Assembly: GCA_034521955.1 (NCBI GenBank)
Contig: JAXHLT010000005.1
Location: 71,663 to 135,662, forward strand
DNA from: Halanaerobiales bacterium
Lineage (GTDB): Bacteria > Bacillota > Halanaerobiia > Halanaerobiales > M55B127
Reading direction: 5' to 3'
Length of the DNA: 64,000 nt
Below the pieces are notes generated by a model. That model searched no databases and was not told where the DNA came from. It was given only the letters and a program-made list of their open reading frames with translations. The position numbers and the translations under genes were made by a program. Below, piece by piece: positions 1 through 9,024 of this stretch. Every line of letters begins with the position of its first letter. Positions within the stretch are counted from its first letter, which is position 1.

Positions 1-8
1 TTCATACT

Positions 9-1436
9 TTAACCTCCAACTACAGCTAGGTTAAACTCTTCTTTAAGTATTTTTTCTGTAGCTTTTTTTGATTTATTTATTTCATCAGCTAAAAACTTAA
101 GATCAGTTTGGTTAATTTCTTTTACATTAGTGTCTTCAACTACTTTTGTTAAATATGAAAGTTTAAGCTGATCTAAATCAACATCTATTGCTTTTATTTG
201 TGAAGGATGTTCAGGGATAATAACTGACTTACCCGCTTTTTCTTCTTTAGGATCACCGTTTCTGACATCAATACCGTTTTCTTTAGCAAAGTTTAGCTGT
301 GCCATTGGGTGTTTCCCAGCACCGGTATATTCAGTTTCTTGCACAACTATGATTTGGTCTTCATCCATCTTTTGTGCCAAATCAAAAGCAGCAGCTAAAG
401 AAGTATTTCCGGCAGGTCCGCGTTCCATGCCTTCAATCTGTGCTAATGCTTCAGTTATATAAAATACCTCTCCCTGTTTTACAGTTACATATTCATCCAT
501 ATATCTTAAAGCTCTTGCAGCATTTCTAGGTACATCTGCCCTATCCGGCCAGGTTGCAAAAGGAACTCCAAATCCCGTATGACCTGTTGTAAATGATTTT
601 CTATTGAAATCATGATCACTTGCCATATGAAGACCGCTTAAGTCTACACTTGCTGCAATTATTTTAGTATCTTTTGCTCCAGCTTTTAAGATACCTCGTG
701 CAGTACCGGTTAAGTTTCCACCACCGGCATGAGTTATAATCACTGCATCAGGTTCTTTGTTTTCTCTTTCTTTAAGTTCTTCAACAATTTCATATCCTAA
801 TGGTTCTACTCCTGCTATACCAAATGGAGTATATAATGAGGCATTAAAGAATCCGGTATCTTCTAATACCCTAAGGAAAGTATAGAACAGTTCAGGTCCT
901 ACACTTAACTGTAGTACTTCAGCTCCATAGGCTTCACATTTTCTTCCCTTTTCTACTATTTCAGGTTGTCCCATACCTCTACTGTCAAAGACTTCCTGAA
1001 CTATAATTGTTTCTAGATTTCTCATTACAGCCTGTGATGCAACAGCTGCTCCATAGTTACCACTTGTTGCTGCCACAACTCCTGGATAACCTTCCTTTTC
1101 AGCATGGTAAACTGATACAGAGGCTCTTCTGGCTTTATAGCTACCAGATGGATTAGCAGCTTCATCTTTTAAAAAGATCCTTGCTCCTTTACCTTCAGGT
1201 GCTAGTTTTCGTGCTAACTTTGTTATGTTTTTTAATTCAATAAATGGAGTTTTACCAACCGCAGTTTCACTTTGAATTTTTATTATTTCATCTAACTTGT
1301 ATCCCACTTCCGACATCATTTTCTCATAGTCAAATCCAATTTCACCGGTAGCAAACCTCTCATAGTCTATTCCAACAGCCTTTTTCATTATCTCATTTTT
1401 TCTTGCCATTACTTCACCATAGTCATTTGCTGCCAA
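9..1436 (-). CDS. ortB: 2-amino-4-oxopentanoate thiolase beta subunit (PLP-dependent, OrtB-like)
   Basis: 475-aa ORF with fold-type-II PLP signatures (NPSGSYKARRA lysine motif, HAGGGNLTG loop). It lies directly downstream of OrtA-like and Ord-like ORFs, the arrangement of oxidative ornithine fermentation clusters. Confidence 0.75.
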   Translation of the reverse strand: MAANDYGEVMARKNEIMKKAVGIDYERFATGEIGFDYEKMMSEVGYKLDEIIKIQSETAVGKTPFIELKNITKLARKLAPEGKGARIFLKDEAANPSGSYKARRASVSVYHAEKEGYPGVVAATSGNYGAAVASQAVMRNLETIIVQEVFDSRGMGQPEIVEKGRKCEAYGAEVLQLSVGPELFYTFLRVLEDTGFFNASLYTPFGIAGVEPLGYEIVEELKERENKEPDAVIITHAGGGNLTGTARGILKAGAKDTKIIAASVDLSGLHMASDHDFNRKSFTTGHTGFGVPFATWPDRADVPRNAARALRYMDEYVTVKQGEVFYITEALAQIEGMERGPAGNTSLAAAFDLAQKMDEDQIIVVQETEYTGAGKHPMAQLNFAKENGIDVRNGDPKEEKAGKSVIIPEHPSQIKAIDVDLDQLKLSYLTKVVEDTNVKEINQTDLKFLADEINKSKKATEKILKEEFNLAVVGG

Positions 1437-1439
1437 TCC

Positions 1440-1748
1440 TTACACCTCCTTGTCCCTTATTATCTTTCTAATCTGAGGACCAACTTCTAATAATTCTGGA
1501 ATCATCTTTCCATATTTATGTTCATATGATGGATTAACTTCTATTAACTCTCCCTTGAGAATCCTATTAGTAACTGTTTTGATTTCAACAGTATCTCCTA
1601 GTTTAGCATCCTCTTGTAAAAAGCCTTTGGCTTTTAACTCTAAAGGTACTTTTTTTGTATCTTCAGGCACCTGGGGAGCTCTTTTACCAGCAGGAAGAAT
1701 TACTTGATAGATCTGTACCCAACTACCGGCTTTAATAACATCTCCCAT
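1440..1748 (-). CDS. ortA: 2-amino-4-oxopentanoate thiolase alpha subunit (OrtA-like)
   Basis: 102-aa ORF with a 3-nt gap to ortB. Size and the APQVPEDTKKVPLE core fit my recollection of OrtA, but the call rests largely on context. Confidence 0.65.
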   Translation of the reverse strand: MGDVIKAGSWVQIYQVILPAGKRAPQVPEDTKKVPLELKAKGFLQEDAKLGDTVEIKTVTNRILKGELIEVNPSYEHKYGKMIPELLEVGPQIRKIIRDKEV

Positions 1749-1774
1749 AACAATACCTCCAATTAATAATTATT

Positions 1775-2809
1775 TTAGTCCATTAACTTTCTTAAATCGC
1801 CAACCATTGCAGCAGGAACTGGTAGATCTTTCATTGTAACTAATCCTGCTTTTGCACCTACAATTACAGGAATCATATTAATTGCAACTGCCATTGTACC
1901 GATTCCACCAGGAATTTCAGGTTGAATTGACATATTAATATCTGGTATTCCTTTGATCTTAATATAATCACCGGTTTCAGTTCCTTCTTTACCAGGATGA
2001 ATCTGCTGTGGATGTTCTAATAAGATAACTTCTTTACCATCACTATATCCTTTAGCAATATGTCTACATCCTGCTACCATACCTGGTTCTACTTTAACAT
2101 GTTCGGTCTCTCTATGTGTTTCTGAAACGATTGGTTCTCTGGTTTGTTCTATTTTATCTAAGTCAATACCTAAACGGTCAGCTATCATATTAATAGATTC
2201 TAAGAAACCAATATGACCTACGATAGAACCATCTTTGATACCCTTTTCAAACTCTTCAACTGTTGTTCCTACACCTTGAGTTCTCATTACTGTAGGACCA
2301 AATGGTGATAAGTCATTAATTCTAGCAGCTTCAATTTTATCTACCTTTGCACATGCTCCACTTAATGCAATAATTAATAAGTCTAAGACAAACCCAGGAT
2401 TAATTCCTGTACCTAAAACAGAAACACCATTTTCTTTTGCAAGTTTATCTATTTTTTCACTTAACTCTTTACTTCCAACCATAGGATAAGCCATTTCTTC
2501 AGCAATTGAAATTACATTTACCTTTCTTTTAACTATTTCCTCTATTTGTGGGTAAACATCTTCAACAAAAGAAGAAGTTGCCTGTAATACTACATCAACA
2601 TCTTCTGTAATTACACTCATTGGATCATTGGTAATTTTAACTCCAACTTCTTTATCTAGACCAAAGAATTCTCCTACATCTTTACCAGCTTTAGATTCAC
2701 GGTTAGCGATTGCACCTACAATTTCAACACCTTTTTTATCTACAAGGTATTTGCCCATTCCACTTCCCATAGAGCCCATACCCCAAAGTACTACTTTTAT
2801 ATTTTCCAT
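1775..2809 (-). CDS. ord: 2,4-diaminopentanoate dehydrogenase (Ord-like, DapB-type Rossmann N-terminus)
   Basis: 344-aa ORF with the N-terminal dinucleotide loop VVLWGMGSMGSG and DapB-like length. It is adjacent to ortAB. Confidence 0.7.
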   Translation of the reverse strand: MENIKVVLWGMGSMGSGMGKYLVDKKGVEIVGAIANRESKAGKDVGEFFGLDKEVGVKITNDPMSVITEDVDVVLQATSSFVEDVYPQIEEIVKRKVNVISIAEEMAYPMVGSKELSEKIDKLAKENGVSVLGTGINPGFVLDLLIIALSGACAKVDKIEAARINDLSPFGPTVMRTQGVGTTVEEFEKGIKDGSIVGHIGFLESINMIADRLGIDLDKIEQTREPIVSETHRETEHVKVEPGMVAGCRHIAKGYSDGKEVILLEHPQQIHPGKEGTETGDYIKIKGIPDINMSIQPEIPGGIGTMAVAINMIPVIVGAKAGLVTMKDLPVPAAMVGDLRKLMD

Positions 2810-2834
2810 TAATAATCTCCTCCTATTGTGATCT

Positions 2835-3956
2835 TTAGAAGTTTTTCATAACTTCTTCTAGTGGTGTGTATTCCATGTCAAATGCTTCAGCAACTGCTTT
2901 ATATACTATCTTACCTTCGTATACATTAAGACCTAATGCTAATGCTTTATCGTCTAACATAGCCTGCTTATATCCCTTATTTGCCAGTTGAAGTCCATAT
3001 GGTAATGTACAGTTAGTTAATCCATATGTTGAAGTTCTTGCCACAGCTCCCGGCATATTTGCAACAGAATAGTGAATTACTCCATGTTTAGTAAATACAG
3101 GGTCATCATGAGTAGTTGGATAAGTTGTTTCAATACAACCACCTTGATCAATTGCTACATCTACAAGAACTGAACCTTCAGACATTTCTTTTATCATCTC
3201 TTCAGTTACTAAATCAGGGGCTTTAGCACCTGGGATTAATACAGCTCCAATTACTAAGTCAGCATCTATAATCTCTGATAAAATATTATAGTTATTAGAC
3301 ATAACAGTTTTAACTCTACCATTAAATACATCATCAATATATCTCATTTGTTTAGGATTAATATCTAAAATAGTGACATCTGCTCCAAGTCCTACAGCCA
3401 TCTTAGCAGCATTCATACCAACTATACCGCCACCGATTACTACAACCTTAGCAGGGCTTACTCCAGGAATTCCACCTAATAGAACACCTTTTCCACCCTG
3501 TGGTTTTTCTAAAAATCTTGCACCTTCCTGTGTTGCTAAACGTCCAGCTACCTCACTCATTGGTGTTAAAAGAGGTAAAGACCCATCATCAAGTTGAATA
3601 GTTTCATATGCAATTGAAACTACCTTTTTTTCCATTAAAGCTTTAGTTAGCTTTTCTTCTGCTGCTAAATGAAGGTATGTATAAAGAATCTGACCTTCTT
3701 TAAAATAATCATATTCTTCTTCTAATGGTTCTTTAACCTTCATAATCATATCAGCTTCATCAAATACATCTTTAGGAGTATCTAACATTTTAGCTCCTGC
3801 CTTGATATAATCTTCATTACTGATACCACTACCTACACCTGCACTTTTTTCAATAACTACCTTGTGCCCATTATTAACAAATGCTTCCACGCCCGCTGCA
3901 GTAATTGCAACTCTGTTCTCATTACTTTTAATTTCCTTAGGTACACCAATAATCAC
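2835..3956 (-). CDS. ald: alanine dehydrogenase
   Basis: 373-aa ORF with the AlaDH/PNT-family N-terminus [16 protein letters not shown] and NAD loop [16 protein letters not shown] start preceded by AAGGAG. Confidence 0.9.
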   Translation of the reverse strand: MIIGVPKEIKSNENRVAITAAGVEAFVNNGHKVVIEKSAGVGSGISNEDYIKAGAKMLDTPKDVFDEADMIMKVKEPLEEEYDYFKEGQILYTYLHLAAEEKLTKALMEKKVVSIAYETIQLDDGSLPLLTPMSEVAGRLATQEGARFLEKPQGGKGVLLGGIPGVSPAKVVVIGGGIVGMNAAKMAVGLGADVTILDINPKQMRYIDDVFNGRVKTVMSNNYNILSEIIDADLVIGAVLIPGAKAPDLVTEEMIKEMSEGSVLVDVAIDQGGCIETTYPTTHDDPVFTKHGVIHYSVANMPGAVARTSTYGLTNCTLPYGLQLANKGYKQAMLDDKALALGLNVYEGKIVYKAVAEAFDMEYTPLEEVMKNF

Positions 3957-4023
3957 TTAATATCAACTCCTTTTAATTTTTGACTAATTATTATTATACA
4001 AATTATTCACATATTAATATATA

Positions 4024-4039
4024 TGCAATAATTATGCCA
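4024..4039 (-). promoter_or_regulatory. sigma-54 (-24/-12) promoter of the ald-ord-ortA-ortB operon
   Basis: The minus strand reads TGGCATaattaTTGCA with canonical GG-N10-GC spacing, about 70 nt upstream of the ald GTG. A sigma-54 activator is encoded at 9025-10434. Confidence 0.7.
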
Positions 4040-4061
4040 TCACTCTATATTTTACTACATT

Positions 4062-5351
4062 TTAGCCCCAACTTAAACCTAAAATTCTAGGAATCCATAA
4101 AGTTAGTTCTGGAAGATACGAAATTAATAACAGGGCTCCTATTTCAGCAGCAATAAAAGGAGCAACTTCTTTTATGGCTTTTTCATAGGGCACCCGGGCA
4201 ATTTGAGAGGCCACCATCAATGTCATCCCCATTGGTGGTGTTGCATTTCCAATGTTTACATTAACCATCATAATCATAGCAAAATGCAAAGGATCAAAAC
4301 CTAATTGAACCATTACAGGTGTTACAATCGGTGCCAATAAAACTACAGCAGGACCTATATCTAAAAACATTCCTACTAATAAAAAGAGTATGTTAACCAT
4401 TAATAGTTGTATAATATGACTTTCACTGAAGTTTAACATAGCATTGCCTAGGGTTTTAGTAAGACCACTATAAGTTACTACCCAGCCTAAAATATTAGCT
4501 GATCCAATTAAAAAGAAGACAACTCCTGATAAGATAACACTGTTTTTTAATGAATCATAAATTTCTTTAAATCCAAGATTTTTATAAACAAAAACTCCTA
4601 CTAAAAAAGCATACAGGGCTGCAAGAGCACCTGCTTCAGTTATTGTAGTCACACCTGTGAGAATTGCACCTAGAATAATTAATGGTGTTAGTAGTGCCCA
4701 AATAGCATCTTTAGTTGCTTCCCATCTTTGTTTCCAGCTAAAATGTTTTTCTTTCGGATAATTTCTTTTCATTGAAACAATTGTACTGATTGCAAGTAAT
4801 GATAAACCAATTATTAGTCCCGGAATAATACCAGCTGCAAACATTGAAATAACAGAAACTTCTTTAAACATACTGGCATAAACAATCATAATTAAACTAG
4901 GTGGAATAATTGGACCAATTACTGAAGAAGAAGCAGTAACAGCTGCACTATAAGCTGCTCCATATCCTCTTTTTTTCATTGCAGGTATTAAGATATTACC
5001 AATTGCTGCTGTATCAGTAACAGCAGTACCAGTTAAGCCTGCAAATAAGATACTCGCTCCAATGTTAACATGTGAAAGTCCACCTCTAAATCTACCAATA
5101 AAACTTAATGCAAAGTTTACTATTTTTTCCGTCATACCACTTCTATTTAAAAACTCTGATGTTAATATAAACAGAGGTATTGAGATTAATATAAAATCAG
5201 ATACAGCAGCAAGAAGTCTGGTTGAAATTATTGTGAAAAAACTTGTTCCTCCTGCTATAAAAAGTCCAAACATTCCTGCAAGTCCAATTGAATATGCTAT
5301 TGGAACACCAATAGCTACTATTATAAAAAATACAATAAAAACAGACAGCAT
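4062..5351 (-). CDS. dctM: TRAP transporter large permease (DctM family)
   Basis: 429-aa polytopic membrane ORF of DctM length and composition. It follows DctQ-like and DctP-like ORFs. Confidence 0.88.
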   Translation of the reverse strand: MLSVFIVFFIIVAIGVPIAYSIGLAGMFGLFIAGGTSFFTIISTRLLAAVSDFILISIPLFILTSEFLNRSGMTEKIVNFALSFIGRFRGGLSHVNIGASILFAGLTGTAVTDTAAIGNILIPAMKKRGYGAAYSAAVTASSSVIGPIIPPSLIMIVYASMFKEVSVISMFAAGIIPGLIIGLSLLAISTIVSMKRNYPKEKHFSWKQRWEATKDAIWALLTPLIILGAILTGVTTITEAGALAALYAFLVGVFVYKNLGFKEIYDSLKNSVILSGVVFFLIGSANILGWVVTYSGLTKTLGNAMLNFSESHIIQLLMVNILFLLVGMFLDIGPAVVLLAPIVTPVMVQLGFDPLHFAMIMMVNVNIGNATPPMGMTLMVASQIARVPYEKAIKEVAPFIAAEIGALLLISYLPELTLWIPRILGLSWG

Positions 5352-5367
5352 TCTTTACACCCCTCCC

Positions 5368-5895
5368 TTATCTATTTACCTGTTCATCAATTAACTCATC
5401 AGCAAGGTCCAGTTTGATTTGTTTTTCAATCATACTTGGAGCCGTTAATAAATGAATTAGATGTATTAATGCACTTACAGGAATAGCTGCAACTAACCAT
5501 TTAGAGCTTATCCTTAATTTACCGGTAATCATATAAGTATCATTATTAGTTAAAGTTTCTTGTAGACCGTACCAAAATAATGCTCCTATAAATAGAAATA
5601 CAAATAAAAATATTACATATCTTAACACTCTTTCAAAGTTCTCTGGAAGTGACTTTATAAGTCCCTCTACTCCCATATGTTGATTTCTTTTAAATGCAGC
5701 AGCTATACCTAAAAGAGCACTCCATATCATTAAAATTCTTTCAACTGGAAGTGGCCAGGGCAGGGGACTGCCTAATACGTAACGAAAAAAAGCACCATAT
5801 ACTGAAATTATCAATATAACTGCCACAAGTACTGATGCAAATTTTAAAGTTATATTATCTAAAAAATCACTTAATGCTTTAATCTTTTTTAGCAT
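5368..5895 (-). CDS. dctQ: TRAP transporter small permease (DctQ family)
   Basis: 175-aa ORF with about four hydrophobic segments, located between the DctP-like and DctM-like genes. Confidence 0.8.
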   Translation of the reverse strand: MLKKIKALSDFLDNITLKFASVLVAVILIISVYGAFFRYVLGSPLPWPLPVERILMIWSALLGIAAAFKRNQHMGVEGLIKSLPENFERVLRYVIFLFVFLFIGALFWYGLQETLTNNDTYMITGKLRISSKWLVAAIPVSALIHLIHLLTAPSMIEKQIKLDLADELIDEQVNR

Positions 5896-5980
5896 TCAGT
5901 TCCACCCCTTTTACATATATTTGCAGGGAATCCCTATAAAACAGAGATCCCCCGCTTTTTATGTTGTCATTTAAAACTAA

Positions 5981-7060
5981 TTATTTTACTCCATAATTTG
6001 ATATTATTTTGTTATCTACATCATTACTAATTTCTTCTGCTTTATTCCAAAATTCATCTACTTCATCAGCAGGAATACCAAAATCTTCAGTTATCCATTC
6101 ATAGAAAGCAGGTCTTAAGACTTCTTTCCATTCTTCCATAACTTCAGGTGGAGGATTATATGTGTCTTCAAATTCTTTTTTAGATCTTTCCCAACCCAAT
6201 AAGGACTGTTGCGAATTAATTCCTCTTGCCATATCAATTGATTCTTCAGCAGTAGTTAAAATTATATTTTGCTCTTTTTCTGGTAATGTTTGGAACCATT
6301 CATCACTAACAGACCAAACTGCTGTATTAAAGATGAACTTAATCCAGGATGAATAATCATTTACTTCCCAGAACTTAGCAAATTCATTTACATAAGGAGC
6401 ATTAAACTGACCATCTGCTACATTACTGGCTAATGCAGTAGTAACATCTCCCCAAGGAAGTGGTACTGCTTCTGCACCTAAAGCTTCAATCATTGCAAGT
6501 TGTGCTGCATTTCCACCTTCAGTTCTAATTCTTAAACCTTCCATATCGGCTGGATTTTTAATTAATTTTTTGTTGTTTGTAAAGGCAACAAATCCGCCTC
6601 CATCATCATATACACCTAAATGTCTTAGTCCGGTTTCTTCTCTAGCTTCATTCATAAATTCTGCAAAATAGTCACTATCAAAGAATGACCAGGCTGAACG
6701 ATAGTTTTCAAATAAGTATGGTGAATACATTAGTTGATATTTTGGGAAAAATGTTGCAAATACACCACCATAAGCAATTGAAGACTGAACAGTATCACCG
6801 TTAACAGTCTGTCTTGTAACTTCTTGAACCCCACCTAATGAACTATTACCAAATATCTTTACATCAATTGAACCATCTGATCTAGTTTCTACCATATTTT
6901 CAAAGTATAATAAGGAAGCTGCTATTCCACTTACAGAAGTATCTTCTATTGTGTAATGAGAAATCACCATCTCATATTCTTGGGCCTGTGCGATTCCACC
7001 AAAAACTAATAAAAGAGATAAAGCTAATGACAAAATAACTACTCTTTTACTTCTTAACAT
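5981..7060 (-). CDS. dctP: TRAP transporter substrate-binding protein (DctP family)
   Basis: 359-aa ORF with a signal peptide (…FGGIAQAQE). It has DctP-family features, including the conserved carboxylate-binding Arg context GLRIRTEG. Confidence 0.85.
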   Translation of the reverse strand: MLRSKRVVILSLALSLLLVFGGIAQAQEYEMVISHYTIEDTSVSGIAASLLYFENMVETRSDGSIDVKIFGNSSLGGVQEVTRQTVNGDTVQSSIAYGGVFATFFPKYQLMYSPYLFENYRSAWSFFDSDYFAEFMNEAREETGLRHLGVYDDGGGFVAFTNNKKLIKNPADMEGLRIRTEGGNAAQLAMIEALGAEAVPLPWGDVTTALASNVADGQFNAPYVNEFAKFWEVNDYSSWIKFIFNTAVWSVSDEWFQTLPEKEQNIILTTAEESIDMARGINSQQSLLGWERSKKEFEDTYNPPPEVMEEWKEVLRPAFYEWITEDFGIPADEVDEFWNKAEEISNDVDNKIISNYGVK

Positions 7061-7168
7061 TATTTATTATTTCCCCCTTTTTTATTTTAACTACTAATCT
7101 ACTCTCCTACAATATCAAACTTATTTTTGTAACCACCCCCTATTACCGCAAAATTTTTCGGTTGCTCA

Positions 7169-8851
7169 TTAAAAATTTTGCAGAGTTTTTTCTGTAATTG
7201 TCTTTATTAATTCAGGGAGTACCTTCATAGTATAGGGTATATGTACTCTTTCTAGATATTTATGTGCCCCTTTACCATGTACTCCCACATCAACCACAGG
7301 TAAATTCAATTTACGGACTGAATCTATATCAATTTTCCAACCTTTACCCCAATAAGGCATATTATTTTTCAAAACTTCTTCATCCTTTTTATCACCCTGA
7401 AAAGCTGCAAAACTAGCATCTGATAAGAAAGGAAAGAAATCTTTAATGATAATATTATAGTCATAATCTTTATTTACATCATGATTATTAATTGCTTTTT
7501 CAACCATTGCATTGAATTTTTTAAATTTAATATCATCTATCTCAGGGTTTTGTGGTGGATAAAACGGAGGAACTAAAAATATGATAACTGCTGGACCTTC
7601 TAATTCAGATAGTTCCCACATTCTTTGAATAATTCTTAAAGAATGAATCCTTAAATCTTTTATTCCTTCTTTTTCTACCTTGTTTAATACATTTTCAATT
7701 TCTGCTTCTATCTTGTCTTTAATATACTTTTCATTTACAATTTCTAGTAACTTTTGATAAGTATAACAGTCAATATCCAAATCAATTGATAAATCTTGGT
7801 CAGGATGATAGCTCTTATATACTCTAAAATTACCCTCAACCCAATCAAGGGAAGATCTAATACTATCTAATACTTCTTCTTTAAATATTTCCATTACTTC
7901 AGAAGTACCTCTATTAAAGTTCAAAAAGTTATAATAAGCAAAACCTTCATAGGGCAGCTGCCCATTGTACTCATCTTTTAGATCTTCCTGTTTAAGTGAA
8001 ATTGGAGGGTCAGTAATTCTATCATTATATTTATCTGCTAATTCCATATTATTATCAATTCTTGAGGTAAGTTCTGACATAAGTAAGTTAACATCAAAAC
8101 CACCAAACACATCACCAACATGAGAACCTTTACCTACAACATATAAGGCTGGTACAATTTTCCCTAAAGTACCTTTATAAATATATCTATCCCTTGGCTT
8201 ATTACCTATCTCATCTGTAGTATAATCAGTATTTATACCACCTATATATTCAAGATCTTCTTTTTTTGCTAATTCTACTAATGGTTTTGCAATATTTAGC
8301 ATACCTAATGAATCAGCTTCTTCATTAACCGTTATAATCACAAGTATATTTCCATCTAAATCGTTAGTATTTTCTGAAAATTCTTTTAAAAGTTCTAACT
8401 CTAATGCTACTCCGGACTTCATATCAGCACTTCCACGTCCAAATAGCCATTCTCCAGATTCAATATCCTTTTTGACATCTGAAGAAAGATCCCTTGTTTT
8501 TAACTTTTCTACTAATTTATCTGGTTTTGTTGCCAAATCCTTTAAATCTCTATACTCTCCTATATCAACCGTATCCATATGACTTATATATACGATTGTA
8601 TTTTTTGCCTTTTTATCACTTTTTACAAGTGCAGCCAAATTAAATCTATTCATCTTATCATTTTTTAATGGTAGTTTTAATAAATGTTCTGGATTTTTTT
8701 GAAAATAAGGCCATTTTTCTAACATATCATGTATATAGTTACCTATTTTTACAACACCTTTGGTATTACTTACACTTTCAATATTTACTAAATTTTCTGT
8801 CAATTCTAAAATCTTTTTCCCTCTATTTATTATATCAATATCATTTTTCAA
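7169..8851 (-). CDS. rocB: M20 family metallopeptidase, RocB-like (arginine/ornithine utilisation)
   Basis: 560-aa ORF with M20 metal-ligand motifs ISHMDTVD, GRGSADMKSG and VNEEADS. Its length and its position next to a RocR-like activator match RocB. TTG start. Confidence 0.7.
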   Translation of the reverse strand: MKNDIDIINRGKKILELTENLVNIESVSNTKGVVKIGNYIHDMLEKWPYFQKNPEHLLKLPLKNDKMNRFNLAALVKSDKKAKNTIVYISHMDTVDIGEYRDLKDLATKPDKLVEKLKTRDLSSDVKKDIESGEWLFGRGSADMKSGVALELELLKEFSENTNDLDGNILVIITVNEEADSLGMLNIAKPLVELAKKEDLEYIGGINTDYTTDEIGNKPRDRYIYKGTLGKIVPALYVVGKGSHVGDVFGGFDVNLLMSELTSRIDNNMELADKYNDRITDPPISLKQEDLKDEYNGQLPYEGFAYYNFLNFNRGTSEVMEIFKEEVLDSIRSSLDWVEGNFRVYKSYHPDQDLSIDLDIDCYTYQKLLEIVNEKYIKDKIEAEIENVLNKVEKEGIKDLRIHSLRIIQRMWELSELEGPAVIIFLVPPFYPPQNPEIDDIKFKKFNAMVEKAINNHDVNKDYDYNIIIKDFFPFLSDASFAAFQGDKKDEEVLKNNMPYWGKGWKIDIDSVRKLNLPVVDVGVHGKGAHKYLERVHIPYTMKVLPELIKTITEKTLQNF

Positions 8852-8919
8852 CTATATCACACCCCTGATAAAATTATTTTGCATTATAATATCATAATTA
8901 TATCCTACCCTTATATATA

Positions 8920-8935
8920 TGCATATCGCATGCCA
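8920..8935 (-). promoter_or_regulatory. sigma-54 (-24/-12) promoter of the rocB-like/TRAP genes
   Basis: The minus strand reads TGGCATgcgatATGCA with GG-N10-GC spacing, about 70 nt upstream of the rocB-like TTG start. Confidence 0.7.
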
Positions 8936-9024
8936 AAAAAGGCAATTATACATAAAAAATTTGTGATACCAATAACTAACTGTTATCAGCACCACAAATA
9001 AAGTTTTTATACATTTATTAATAT

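Noticed and set aside
5915-5950. Palindromic GC-rich patch (CAGGGAATCCCT…GATCCCCCGC) between dctP and dctQ.
   Set aside because: Its loop would be 0-1 nt, so it cannot form a stable hairpin, and there is no U-tract. It is treated as ordinary intergenic sequence.
7141-7168. Possible third sigma-54 promoter or terminator between the rocB-like gene and dctP (ACCGCAAAATTTTTCGGT).
   Set aside because: The minus strand has no GG/GC doublets at -24/-12 spacing, the stem is only 4 bp and there is no U-tract. The TRAP genes are more simply read as co-transcribed with the rocB-like gene.
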